This document shows, one piece after another, positions 1 to 12,589 of a DNA stretch of 64,000 nucleotides (within the stretch, counting starts at the first letter, position 1; each line of letters begins with the position of its first letter). The notes beneath the pieces are model-generated. The model saw only the letters and a list, made by a program, of their open reading frames with translations, was not told the origin of the DNA and did not search any database. Source of the stretch: Octopus sinensis. Lineage: Eukaryota. The stretch covers positions 3,968,001 to 4,032,000 of the forward strand of contig NC_043018.1 in assembly GCF_006345805.1 (NCBI RefSeq), written 5' to 3'. The position numbers and the translations under genes were made by a program.

Positions 1-24
1 ACAATGATACAATTTACCATGTTT

Positions 25-437
25 AAGGCGTCGAGCTGGCAGAGTGGTTAGCACACCGGGCGAAATGCTTAGCGGTATTTCGTCTGCCGTTACGTTCTGA
101 GTTCAAATTCCGCCGAGGTCGACTTTGCCTTTCATTCTTTCGGGGTCGATAAATTAAGTACCAGTTACGCACTGGTGTCGATGTAATGACTTAATCCGTT
201 TATCTGTCCTTGTTTGTCTTCTCTGTGTTTAGCCCCTTGTGGGTAGTAAAGAAATAGGTATTTCGTCTGCCGCTACTTTCTGAGTCCAAATTCCGCCGAA
301 GTCGACTTTGCTTTTCATTCTTTCGGGGTCGATTAAATAAATATCAGTTACGCACTGGGGTCGATATCGACTTAATCCGTTTGTCTGTCCTTGTTTGTCC
401 CCTCTGTGTTTAGCCCGTTGTGGGCAATAAAGAAATA
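25..437 (+). mobile_element. Dimeric tRNA-derived SINE with Nin/Deu-type central domain, flanked by a 16-bp TSD
   Basis: tRNA-like head GGCGTCGAGCTGGCAG...GAGTTCAAATTCC. The central GGTCGACTTTGCCTTTCATTCTTTCGGGGTCGATAAATTAAGTACC motif occurs twice. Direct repeat ACAATTTACCATGTTT at 9-24 and 438-453. Confidence 0.85.
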
Positions 438-474
438 ACAATTTACCATGTTTCAATAGTTTTAGGTGCCTGTA

Positions 475-732
475 CAGTCACATATAGGCAGAGACACCTC
501 GATGGTCGCAACTTGGCCCAGGGGAAACACCAAGGATATGATAAGTAGAATGAGAAAGAGCTAAATCAGCATTCGGCTGGTGCTTAATTAGACTGAAGTA
601 ATGACCCTCCACGCTCACCACCCCGCTAAAAAGTGCTTTGCTGAAGGGTCTACAACGTAGCAACCAGCCCAGGAATTGAACCTACGGCGTCCTGATCGTG
701 ATCCTAGTGCCTTAACCACTGGGCCATGCACC
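475..732 (-). mobile_element. tRNA-derived SINE
   Basis: The minus strand starts GGTGCATGGCCCAGTGGTTAAGG...GGTTCAATTCC (A and B boxes) and continues into a non-tRNA body. Confidence 0.6.
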
Positions 733-1036
733 ACGATAATGATTGCACAGCACGTGGTTTGTGAAGAGAGATTAAAATAGGACAGGATTCAAAAGCAGAA
801 CAAAGCGTTAAATATACCACAATGAAAAATAAAAATGTTTTAGAATATCGATGAAGGGAAAAGTTCAAATAATTGCATTTGTAAAGATGCATTTTGATAA
901 GTCAATTCAATAATTTATACACTCGAAATGTTTTATGGACTAAATACATACATGTATGCATGCATACATATACACACACAAGTGTTAAATAATTTATGTA
1001 TTATAGAACACACACATACACACATATGTATATGTA

Positions 1037-1075
<39 letters not shown>

Positions 1076-1794
1076 GCTTTGTATATGTGTGTGTGTTTGT
1101 GTTTGTGTATACGACCCTGATAGAGCGGAAAAAACTCGAATTCTTCCGTACTTTGGCCTTAATCAGACCACACATTAAGATGCTGCATTTTTGGAAACCG
1201 TTGCAACAAGTATGACAATGATGGAGAGTCTTCCTGGGCCCAGCAGACTCTCAGAAAAACAAACCCCAGGCCACGACCGAAAGGCTTGCTAGGGAAGAGA
1301 ACATCAATGACACTGTCTTCACCGCTGTAGACAGCCGGAAAGGCGAGAAGGCTGCAAAAAAAAAGAACACAAAAATAAAACATCAAAGATAAAAACCAAA
1401 GCATCCAGAAGCGATCGAGAGCAAAGAAAAGGAGAAGAAACAGAAAATAAAGCAAAAACAAAAAAATAAAGCCTCCAAGGTGTTGTGGTGATAGACATTG
1501 ACACATCTGTGTGTTTAAAAGATGGACTCGTCGGAGTATTATGACGTCGTCGATGACGTCAGAACGCGATTTCGAATCTTACGTTCTCGGCGAGTAAAAT
1601 AAAAAGTACATCTTGTGATGGCAATGATTTTACCTCTGCTTGGACCCTCCTCTGATGAGCGGGTTAGACTTCTTTTGGTATTTTGCCCCATACTTGTCTC
1701 TCCTGTGCAAGCGTCGCACTAATATTTTTTATTGAATATCAGAAGTTTGTTGCGTCTCAACATTAAAACAAAAATCTCTTTCCCGCGAGACCTT

Positions 1795-2910
1795 GCTGCT
1801 TGCAATCAAACTCCTCCTCTGTGTTTAGAACTCGTGGAAACGAACTTTAGACCTAAGGAAGCGGATGTAGAAGTCTGCATACCGAAGTATGTTGTAATAT
1901 GAAGGGACAGAAGAGAAAGGAGCCACGGTAAAGTTGCGGTATACGTCCGTAAGAACCACACGTTCCAAATCCTGCTATTAAACTGAAATTCAATGCGTGA
2001 CACTCGAATTCTACGCGCTTAAAAGAACAAGATATTGTTATATTTATTACACATCTCGCTCTGGATGCTCAATGGATGGCTACCGCCACATGAAGCTGAA
2101 TGAAATACAGAACGGTAAGATTGGCCCATGAGGAATTGCAATCCCAGAATCAAAAACAGTGCGTCACCTGGGCATTGAAATGAGTAATGATGCATCTTTC
2201 CAGGTGCATCTTACTAATTTGGTAATAAAATGCAGACAGCTTGCTGGATGGACTCTCCGAACTTTCAGAACGAAAGAAAAGAAAACTATGATGGTCCTTT
2301 GGAGGACATATGTCCTCAGCCGCTTAGACTATTGTTCCCAACTGTAGTCAACACACAGTATAAAACCAACAGCTTAACTCGAAGCAATTCAATGAAGCTA
2401 CACAAAGGAAATCGTCTCAATGCAACTTATCAGCTTCTGGGAAAGAGTCAAGACTCTTCTCCTTGGAACGAAGGCGGGAAAAATATGCCGTGATATACAT
2501 CTCAAAAATCCTGGAAGGCCTTATACCAAACTTTAACATTGACCGTTACACAAACAGCATAACGGGACGCCGCTGCATAGTGCCAAGGATCCCACCATTG
2601 CCATCAAAATACAGGATCAGATACCGCCATAGCTTGGGTTTCTAGAGCCCACAGCTCTTCAAATTTCCACCTAAAAACCCGAGAGACCTACATGGGGTAG
2701 ATGTAGGTGTCTTCAAAACAAAACTGGATCGTCCAGAGTTCTGGGTGAACCTACTTCGCGGCAGGAAACGCAAATGAGGACAGCAGCATCAAACTCCCTC
2801 ATTCACCAAATGCCACACACCAGATGAAGTTTCAAGTAATGGAAGTGTAGCAAGACTAACGGCGGTGCCCCAGCATGGCCACAACTCTCGAGCTGAAACT
2901 AGAAACAGAA
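1795..2910 (+). mobile_element. Degenerate CR1/L2-group LINE: endonuclease remnant, RT C-terminus and 3' end
   Basis: AP-endonuclease-like remnant at ~1820-1950. Peptides HLGIEMSND...AGWTLRTFRT...LWRTYVLSRLDYCSQL and RRREKYAVIYISKILEGL are typical post-RT CR1-group segments. Contains stops and frameshifts. Confidence 0.75.
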
Positions 2911-3644
2911 TATTAGTGCTAAAGGAAGTCAGTTCGAATAATGTGTACAGCAAAGGTTCACGTCAAAAGGGATATTATGTTGTAGCGTCCAAAATATGTG
3001 CAAATAGACAAAAAGGCTATCATTAAAGAGAAAAAAATGTTTGTGCACTTAAACTGGCTGAAAGTATTCTGTCGAGGCTAGACCAAAGTTAACGTCTAGT
3101 CAGGAAAAAGAATTTGCCAAATTATAAGCCACTGTGAGAAGAAGGGAACTAAACAGCTGACTGACTAGTCTGATGTCAAGCGAGGGAAGTTAGGCAGCTA
3201 GTTTGTGGAGATGCGATTAACTAGGAAGGTAACCCTTCGTACTCGTGTAGCATAGAACTGCTTGATCAGGACAGATCTCAGATTATATGACAGCAACACT
3301 GGATGGCTGCTCCGTGATCCCTTTTCATTAAACAGAATAAAATAAAATAAAATCACTGATATAGTTGGGAAACTATCAAAGATGGATCAGTGTATGGTGC
3401 AATACGGAAGCGGAAATATGCAAAGAAGACTGTAATGTGAATAGAGAGATAAGAGGATGTTTAAAAAAGAGAAAAACGTAAAAATTACAAACAAACAAGG
3501 AAAAAATGTTACTATATTGCTCGAGCAAAGACGAGAGAGAGACATCAAGGGGGAATCTTTCTTTCATATCAATATTTATTTTAACGGTAGAATTCTGTTA
3601 ATTAAAGAAACCAAACGGGAAAGAAAGAGTAATAAAACCTCTTG

Positions 3645-3645
<1 letters not shown>

Positions 3646-3680
<35 letters not shown>

Positions 3681-3774
3681 TAAAATATATAAAAAGAGAC
3701 GAAGAAAGGAATAATCTTAATGCAAACGATGTTTTCGAAATCAATGAGGAAACATTGTCAGAAATACACGAAAC

Positions 3775-3811
<37 letters not shown>

Positions 3812-4245
3812 ATCACAACACACACACACACACCACAAACCACAACACACATCACAAACACAAAAACACACACAACACACACACACACACACACACACAC
3901 ACCATACACATCACAACACCACACCAACACCACCACAACACACCACACACATCACAACACACAAACACACACCACAACAACACACACACACACACACACA
4001 TACGCACACATCACAACACACAAACACACACAACACACACACACACACACAACATACACACATATCACACCACAACACACACACACACATCACAACACAC
4101 AAACACACACCACAACACACACACACACACATACGCACACATCACAACACACAAACACACACCACAACACACACACACACACACACACATACACACATAT
4201 CACAACACACACACACACACCACAACACACAAACACAACAACACG
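3646..4245. repeat. (GT)n and compound (CA)n microsatellite/minisatellite
   Basis: Directly visible CA-rich tandem sequence. Confidence 0.95.
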
Positions 4246-4675
4246 GTGCATAATGCATAAATGCACAAAACAAATAGAACAACACGCAGTGCTTAATACA
4301 TAAATACATAACACAGAATAACAGACAACAGACACAGACAACAGACCACCACATAAACACATAAACACATAGAGGAGGAATTCCAGAGAGCATTCGGAAA
4401 TTCGGATTTCAATTCCGTTACGTTCTTTTGCTAAACAAAAAAAAAAAGAAGAAAAAAACAAAAAAAAAAAAGAAAGAAGAAAAAGAAAAAGCAACAACAA
4501 CAACAGCAATAATAAGAGTTTGTTAAGAAGACAGAAAGTTGTGTGTCGCTAAAGAAACCAGTTTTGGGTTCCGCAGAGGAATGGTATCTACCTGTCTCTG
4601 TCTGTCTGTCCGTTCGTCTGTCTGTCTGTCTGGCTGCTCGTATCTGTTCTCTGTCTGTCTTTTGCCTTTCGTTCT

Positions 4676-4677
4676 TC

Positions 4678-4732
<55 letters not shown>

Positions 4733-4788
4733 AATTTCTTTCTTTCTTTCCTTCTTTCTTTCTTTCTTTCTTTCTTTCTTTCCTTTTT

Positions 4789-4819
<31 letters not shown>

Positions 4820-4826
4820 TCTTTTT

Positions 4827-4858
<32 letters not shown>

Positions 4859-4930
4859 TTTTCTTCTTTCTTTCTTTCTTTCTTTCTCGCTCCTTCTCTC
4901 TATCTCTCCCTCTTCCCTCTTTCTCTCTCT
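4676..4930. repeat. (TTTC)n microsatellite
   Basis: Directly visible. Confidence 0.95.
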
Positions 4931-5562
4931 TCCTTCGACGACCGTTTTGGTGCAAGTTTTCAGGATTCATCCTTTGTTGCCGCTCTGTCAGTCGGGTATT
5001 CAATAATAACCGCACCGCATCCTCTCAAAGATGGATGCCAGAATAAGCGATGGCGGCGGTGGCAGCGGCGGCGGCGGCAGCGGTGGTGTTGGTGGGATGT
5101 GGTTGTAGTTGTTGCGATTGTTGTCCTCGGCGTAGTTGCAGTGGCCATTGAAGTAGTAGTTATTGTTGTTGCAGATACGATTCCGCTCTTTGTTGTTGTA
5201 ACTGGAGCTCTTCTTGTACAAGAGTACAAGAATTATTAAATGTTGAACATGTTGTTGCTGCTGTTGTTGCTGTCATGCTCGTCATTTGGTCATCTTCGTC
5301 GATATTGTTGTGGTTGATGCTGTTGTTGTTGCGATAATTGTGTACAATTGTTATTGTTATTGTTATTGTTGCAATTTATGAAGTGCCTGTTGTTGTTATC
5401 TAACCCCAAGTCTACCCGAACACACCCACTTCGGGGTGGTGCAAAGTTCATGGCTTTGGGTAAAACAATATACCCAGGAGGATCAGTCATGATTTTATTC
5501 AACATATTCCCTTCCCAGATTCACACCCTAATTGCAGCGGTCCTTCAGGTTTTCAATGACCC

Positions 5563-5962
5563 TCTTTTACTCTTTTATTTGTTTCAGTCATTTGACTGCG
5601 GCCATGCTGGAACACCGCCTTAAAATCGAGCAACTCGACCCCGGGACTTATCCTTTTGTAAGCCCAGTACTTATTCTATCGGTCTCTTTTGCGAACCGCT
5701 AAGTAACGGGGACATAAACACACCAGCATCGGTTGTCAAGCAATGCTAGGGGGACAAACACAAACACACAAACACACACACATACATATATATATACATA
5801 TATTACGACGGGCGTCTTTCAGTTCCGTCTACCAAATCCACTCACAAGGCTTTGGTCGGCCCGAGGCTATAGTAGAAGACACTTGCCCAAGGTGCCACGC
5901 AGTGGGACTGAACCCGGAACCATGTGGCTGGTAAACAAGCTACTTATCACACAGCCACTCCT
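5563..5962 (-). mobile_element. CORE-type tRNA SINE (octopus OR-like), near full length
   Basis: The minus strand reads GGAGTGGCTGTGTG...GGTTCAGTCCC, then CORE-like GGCACCTTGGGCAAGTGTCTT, an internal TA/TG microsatellite and the tail GGCGGTGTTCCAGCATGGCCGCAGTCAAATGACTGAAAC. Many other copies occur in the window. Confidence 0.85.
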
Positions 5963-6393
5963 GCGTGAAAGAATTCGGAAGGTTGGGCCTCCAGCCTGGC
6001 CTTTCACAAAACCTTTAACGCCGGAAACTTTTCAGCACCTACTCATACAATCACAGACATTCCAACGATGACCAACCCGCTTCTTTTTTCGAACACTGTA
6101 CACAGAACACAGAATCACGTCCTCCGGCTTGTCTCAAAACATTACAATGAGATACGAAATTTAGCAACCATGCAGTGGCTCAAAATGGCCGTATGAGTGA
6201 CAACAGCGTTGTTTGTGTTGTTGTTAGTGGTGGCAATGGTTGTCAAGGTGGCAGTGGCGGTGGTAGTGGTGGATTTCGGCAGCAAAATTAATAATTACCG
6301 TTTAGCTCGGCGCTATACAATTGATAATGAAGAGATAAACCAGCAGAGACCAAGGAAATTGCTGTAAAAACCGCCACGAAAATAATAAGCCGG

Positions 6394-6593
6394 TATATAT
6401 ATGTATATATATATATATATTATATATATATATAATATATATATTATATTCAAATATATACATACATATTGATATATATATATACATATACATATACATC
6501 ACATATATAGAATATAGATACATATATATATACATATGCATATAATATATATATAATATATATATATATTATATATATATATTATATATTATG

Positions 6594-6632
<39 letters not shown>

Positions 6633-6666
6633 ATATATATATGTATATATATATATATATAGTATA

Positions 6667-6697
<31 letters not shown>

Positions 6698-7060
6698 ATA
6701 TATATATATATATATGCATATATATATTCAATATGTATGTATATTTGAATAAGTAATTTGTTTATGTATATATATGCATGCATATATATGTATGTGTGTA
6801 TATGAGAGAGGAGAGGGAGAGATGGAAGAGGCTTTTGTAAACAGATTTGGGCAATGGATATTTAAGTTGTCGGATGTAGGAAGAAAAGGAGGAGAGGAAG
6901 AGGAAGGTGGGCGGGTGGGAGTATATATATAGCTTGTCATGGGAGACACCATGAGAACATGTCTGAAAGGAGAGAATCTGTCTGTATCGCTCACTATTTG
7001 CGTTTATGTGTATATGTGTGCGTATACTCATATACGCATTCATGGTACACACACACACAT

Positions 7061-7094
<34 letters not shown>

Positions 7095-7300
7095 GTGTGA
7101 TGTACATATATGTATGTATATATATGTTATATATGTAATATATATGTATATATATATATATATATCTATATATATATAATATTATATATGATATATATAT
7201 ATATATGTATGTATATATGTATATATATATATACACATATATATGTAGGTATGTACAGATATGTATGTATATATGCATATATTTATCTATTATTAATATT
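6394..7300. repeat. Compound (TA)n/(CA)n microsatellites
   Basis: Directly visible. Confidence 0.9.
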
Positions 7301-7909
7301 ACTATATGATCGAACGCCACGCATCCTTTTCCAAGTATATATAGATATATATATACACACACAAAACACAAACAAAGAGAGAAGAGGAGAGAGAAAGGGA
7401 GCGAAAAAGAGAAGAAAACATGAAGCGTGAGAAGGAAAAGGAGAGGCACGAGGGAGTGGTGTGTGCCATTGCAACAAGTGGTGGATGGGGGAGGGATTGG
7501 AAGAGGAGGTGGTGCCGTAAGGTAGGAATAAGTGGTTTAAGATGGCGGCCAAGAGCTGATGGTGCTGTGTCGTCGATGTCGCGGTGCGTTAGTGATAGAA
7601 AGGGTTTTGTGCTATAAATGAACTGGTTCCCCTACAATTTGATAATGGCTGTTAATTCAGAAGAGACAATAAACGGAAAGAAGAAGAAGAAGAAGAAGAA
7701 GAAAAAAGAAGATGAAGAAGATGATGATGATGATGATGATGATGATGACGACGACGATGATGATGATGATGATGATGAAGAAGAAGAAGAAGATGAAGAA
7801 GAAGGTGACAGCATAACTCCAGCAGCAATAACAGCAACAACGACGACAACGTCAAGACACTTGAAGAAATTGAAAAGAAGTTAGAAAAGTTTTCCAGGAG
7901 GACAACAAA

Positions 7910-8009
7910 NNNNNNNNNNNNNNNNNNNNNNNNNNNNNNNNNNNNNNNNNNNNNNNNNNNNNNNNNNNNNNNNNNNNNNNNNNNNNNNNNNNNNNNNNNN
8001 NNNNNNNNN
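7910..8009. other. Assembly gap (100 N)
   Basis: Run of N. Confidence 1.
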
Positions 8010-8424
8010 GTGTTGTTCCAGCATGGCCACAGTTAAATGACTGAAACAAGTAAATGAGAGTAAAAGAGTAAATAGCAACAAAAGTCTATAACCTGTTCAC
8101 TAGGGGGATAGCTGAAAATATCTCCTAAACGTCATATAATACCTTTCATGTTGCAATTTCTGTAATAGGTGTGTCCGTTTTACGCCTGTGAAAGGAGACA
8201 CTACCATGCGCACACCAACAGAGACACATACACATCCAAGTAATCTGCTGGTACCTTTAGCAAATAAACATTGACTAGCTGATCATTTACATTTCACTAT
8301 ACGCCACAAATATATAAAGTAATAATGTTATCTAGTACTACTCTTCGGACATAATCAAGTTTGTTTTTTTTGTTTTAGATAGGATATATGCGTGTGTGGG
8401 TATATACACGTATATCTGTATGTG

Positions 8425-8458
<34 letters not shown>

Positions 8459-8589
8459 CTGGAACGCCGCCTTTAGTCTAGCACATCGTCTGCAGCACTT
8501 ATTCTTTATAAGCCTATTATTTATTCTAACTTATTCTCTTTTGCCAAACCGCTAAAATACAGGGAGTAAACACACCTGTATCGGTTAAA

Positions 8590-8845
8590 ACATCAACAAC
8601 TACAGTCAATCGAAGATAATGACCAAACTGTCTACTCTTATCCACCAGTTCCAACACGGTTTAACAAAAAAAGAGACAAATTGCTTGACTAGATTTCACT
8701 GCAAAGCCAGTAACATCTATGAACTTCCCAAAATCTACAAAAGTTGAGCCATAAACAAAACCTGTAACAAGTTAACTTCTATAGTCATAAATATTCTACA
8801 CCCGAGAGATCTCCGAATGAGGCCAATTATGGCCGATCCAGGTAT
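8590..8845 (+). mobile_element. Penelope-like element RT fragment
   Basis: Translates to NIYELPKIYKS and MRPIMA, resembling the PLE RT motifs YGLPKIHK and LRPIV. Disrupted. Confidence 0.5.
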
Positions 8846-8999
8846 GTAGATACGGTGGGCATTGGGTGCCTAACACTCGCAAATCTGAAGTCGCTAAAGG
8901 TGCAATAAATTGAACTTCGTTTCATTTAGAACTTAGGGATCTGCAAATGTGGGTATCTTGGAGATGCTTAAAGTGTTTGTTGTAGCTGTAATTGTCGCA

Positions 9000-9310
9000 C
9001 ACACACAAATGAATAAAAACACAGTCGATCACACACACGTACACACAGAAATAAAAACATTCACACAAACACAAACACTGAAATGAAAATGCCAACACAC
9101 ACTTTTACACACACACAAATAAAAACAGTCCCACGTACACAAACACACACACAAATAAAAACAGTCCCACGCACACAAACACAAAGAAATGAAAATACAC
9201 AGCTACATATTCACACAAACACTGAAACGAAAACAGTTACATACCTACACATGCACAAACACACAAATAGAAATGAAAAATACAGTTACACATCCAAACA
9301 CTCACACCCA
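9000..9310. repeat. AC-rich minisatellite (~30-36 bp units)
   Basis: Repeats of ACACACAAATAAAAACAGTCCCACG. Confidence 0.7.
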
Positions 9311-9789
9311 AATATACGTGTTTCCAGAATGTCTCAGTTTTAAGGTCAACATATTTAAAACATAAATAGGTACGAGATTGTGTCTTTGCATGTATCTATA
9401 TTCGTGAGTGCGGACGTGTGGGTGTTTGTGCGTGTGTGAGCACAGTCCACCTATACCCAAGGTGGTTGCATTGTCTTATGGGAACTGGCTGTGAAAGTTC
9501 CGGACCCCATTAATGAACTCATTTGCATACAAACAATGAGGGCTCAACTTGATACAAAATGGCTGACGGTTAGTAAGGAGAGACACAAATAAGTGAGAAG
9601 AAAACAAAGGACCACTGATGCGGTCACAGGAGTGTGACGAAAGAACTTTGGCCGAAATAAGATTAAGATTAATGTAAAAAATAAATATCACTGAAGCAAA
9701 ATAACACCAAATATATAGTGCGTGTGTTTTTATTGGCTAAACTGGCAATATGACCATTCCGAAATATAACAATATATATATATACATAT

Positions 9790-10943
9790 TGTTATGGATT
9801 TTGGCTAAGTGCAGTTCTTGGTGACCCACTTTGAGTGTGGTGCCGGCACGTCTGGAAGGAAATAGACAGTCCTTTGTTACTGGGAGACTGATGGCTTTGG
9901 ATGGACCTTTCTGGCCTTGTGCGGTCGATTAGAGGTCGTTCTAAACACCCCTTGAAGAAGAGAGAAGAAAAGTAGTAAGAGAGATAGAGTATAAGGCTAA
10001 GGGACAGATGTGAGGAAGAATTAGCAGTGAGAGAGGATGAGGGGACAGAGAAGGACAGGCAGAGAGTATGGTAGAGCTGTCATGAGAGGGTGATAGGCAG
10101 CAGGCGAGAGATAGGCAGTAAGGGCAGAGGGCAAATAGAGAGGGTATAAGCGGTAGTGGGGAAGAGAGAGACGAAGTGAGGTTTTGGCAGTTGGAGTCGG
10201 TCGTCGAAGAAGGACAGTCGGATCTTGGAAGTCAGGACAAGGAGGAGGTGGAATCTTGGGAGCAAGCGTTGGGATGCAGGAGTTTGGCAAGCTGGAGTAC
10301 CAGTATTGAGGGAGAGGTGGCGTGCAAGATGGGACACTGGCGATTCAGTTAGGAATTAAGGTATGTGATTATGTATTGATATGTGTCACGATGTAAAGAG
10401 ACAGTGAAAAGAAAAGGAGAGAAAGAAGAGAGAAAAAGAAGGACTCTGATGTAGACGATAATGAACTTTGAATTGTAACGTGAATTGTTGTGATGCGAAC
10501 ATTGTATAATGTATCGAAGTGTTCTGAATGGACTGTGACGTATCGTGAACATTATGTGATCTGAACTTGTTTGTCTATGAACGCTGTTATATTGTTACAT
10601 GCATGTTTAAATGCTTTGATCTGTTGCTGATATATATGACTTGTTGTGTCGTTACCGGACTGTTGTATTGAGTAGTCACGTGCATGTCCTCCTTTAAATG
10701 TTTGCCTTAAATGCTTTGATGTTGTAACCATTGATTGTCGTATAAACTAGTTGTTGAATATAAGCCAGTGTTGCCGTTTTGCCTTGCCTCTGTGCCTCTG
10801 TATCTTTCTGTGCTGCTGCGGTTGTTGTTGTTGTGTCTCTCCTCTCCTCTCCGACGAGTTTCCGTGGCGAGAACATTCGCTGATCAAGTCGGGCCTGTCT
10901 GAGGGATTCCGTACAGTTTTCGGAGGTCCCACCCGTCGTAACA
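9790..10943. mobile_element. Solo LTR (Gypsy-like), 1154 bp
   Basis: Begins TGTTA and ends TAACA (inverted termini, TG...CA). 4-bp ATAT on both sides (9786-9789 and 10944-10947). No coding domain inside. Confidence 0.7.
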
Positions 10944-11239
10944 ATATATATATATATACATACATATACGTTTGTATGCCTCTTTATCCATCGAACATTG
11001 CTTGACAAACGATGCTGCTGTTTTCACGCACCTGTAACTGAACGGTTCAGCAAAAGAGAATAGGTCCTGGGCTCTATTTGTTTGACTGAAGGCGGTGCTC
11101 CAACATGGCCACAGTCAAATAACTGAAAGTAGCAAAAGTGAGTGAAAGAGTAATTAGCGAAAACAGTGTATATTCTGTTGTGTCTGGGGAGAGTCTTTCT
11201 CTTTTAGTGCCTTACTATTAAATACACACTCACCAGTAA

Positions 11240-11720
11240 AAATTCAAGGAGTGATATTTGTAGTGGCCACAGCCCATGGAGAACTAGCCAGTAGATTTAG
11301 AAAAGCTCTGAAAGAGACCAAACTCAACATTAAAATTGTTGAAAAGCCAAGGAACTCCGTCAGGTCACAATTATGAAGGACATGCCCGTTTAAGAATACC
11401 ATATGCACAATTGATAACTGCATGGCATGTAGAATTAGCCCTGGTATTAACTGTAGAACTCGAAATGTAGTTTACAATATAAGATGCATAGAAGGTGCTT
11501 GTAAAGACATGAACATGATGTACATAGAGGAGACGTCCAAGAGCATTGCGGAACGGATAAATGAACATCTAAGACAACTTGACGACAGAAAACAGTCTTC
11601 TATACTCTACCAACATGCCAAAGACCACCATGGAGATAACTTGGGTTAACTTGACATCCGCATCTTATCTAAGCACCAGCCCTCATCCCTGCTTTTCAAT
11701 GCTAAACCCGATATAAAACA
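11240..11720 (+). mobile_element. Penelope-like element GIY-YIG endonuclease fragment
   Basis: ORF 11422-11649 reads NCRTRNVVYNIRC...MYIEETSKSIAERINEH...SILYQHAKDHH, matching the PLE GIY-YIG pattern VVY.I.C..C...YIGET...L..R..EH. Confidence 0.8.
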
Positions 11721-12589
11721 GTCATCAACACTATAAATAAACCTGTTCAATCTCTACCCTCCTCATCACCCCAAATCCTAACCCCTAGTTCAAACTTTGA
11801 TCTCTTACTTGACTATTCTCTCTAAAAACCCTTCACAAATCCTCAAGCTAACCCTAATATAGACTAAACTCTGAAAACCAATCCTAACAGCAAATCCACA
11901 CCAAAATAAGAAAAACCACTTACCTTTGGCCATTTGGGATCTATAATACAAGGTATGATATGCAAACAACAAGCAAAATATCAACCAACATTTGAAAGTC
12001 AAGTTTTATCTATGTGTCGAATCATGAAATACACTTGTTTAATAAATACAGTTGTCCTTACATTTACACAGTGCATTGCTTCCACAAGTCATCAAACTAA
12101 TCATTCTCATGCGAAATCAATTGTTTTTATTTATAAATAGAAACAAATTAATTATTGAAATTAATATAAGAAATACAATTAACGTGTATGTGTGTCATCA
12201 TCATTTAACATTCGTTTTTCATGTTGTCATGGGTTGGACTATTTCACACTATCTGAGATGAATTACTACACGTACATCTAATGTTTGTTTTCACATGGTT
12301 TCTATGTCTGAGAAAAGTTTTGGTAACACTGACACTAGTAAAATTAAAAAGTAAATTTCAAGGATGAGTGGACTGCTAGTAGTGAGAGAGGTGGCTTCAT
12401 CCTAACCTGTAGTATGATAGAGAGACAGGCAGAGGTGTGTCACTGTAGAGAAAGTACATGGCTACCCTGCATATATGTATGTATATAGGTAGACATCGAT
12501 TAGAGCGCTTTCTCATTGCTAATATGTTAACATATGCCTGATGTGTGCTTTAAAAATAAAGTGCTTGCACTGGCACTAATTTCTTCAGA

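Noticed and set aside
27-115. tRNA gene (also 665-732 and other SINE heads)
   Set aside because: The A/B boxes run into SINE bodies, with no complete cloverleaf or terminator.
3598-7884. Long His/Thr, Val/Cys, Tyr/Ile, Phe/Leu/Ser and poly-Asp/Glu ORFs
   Set aside because: These are translations of microsatellites.
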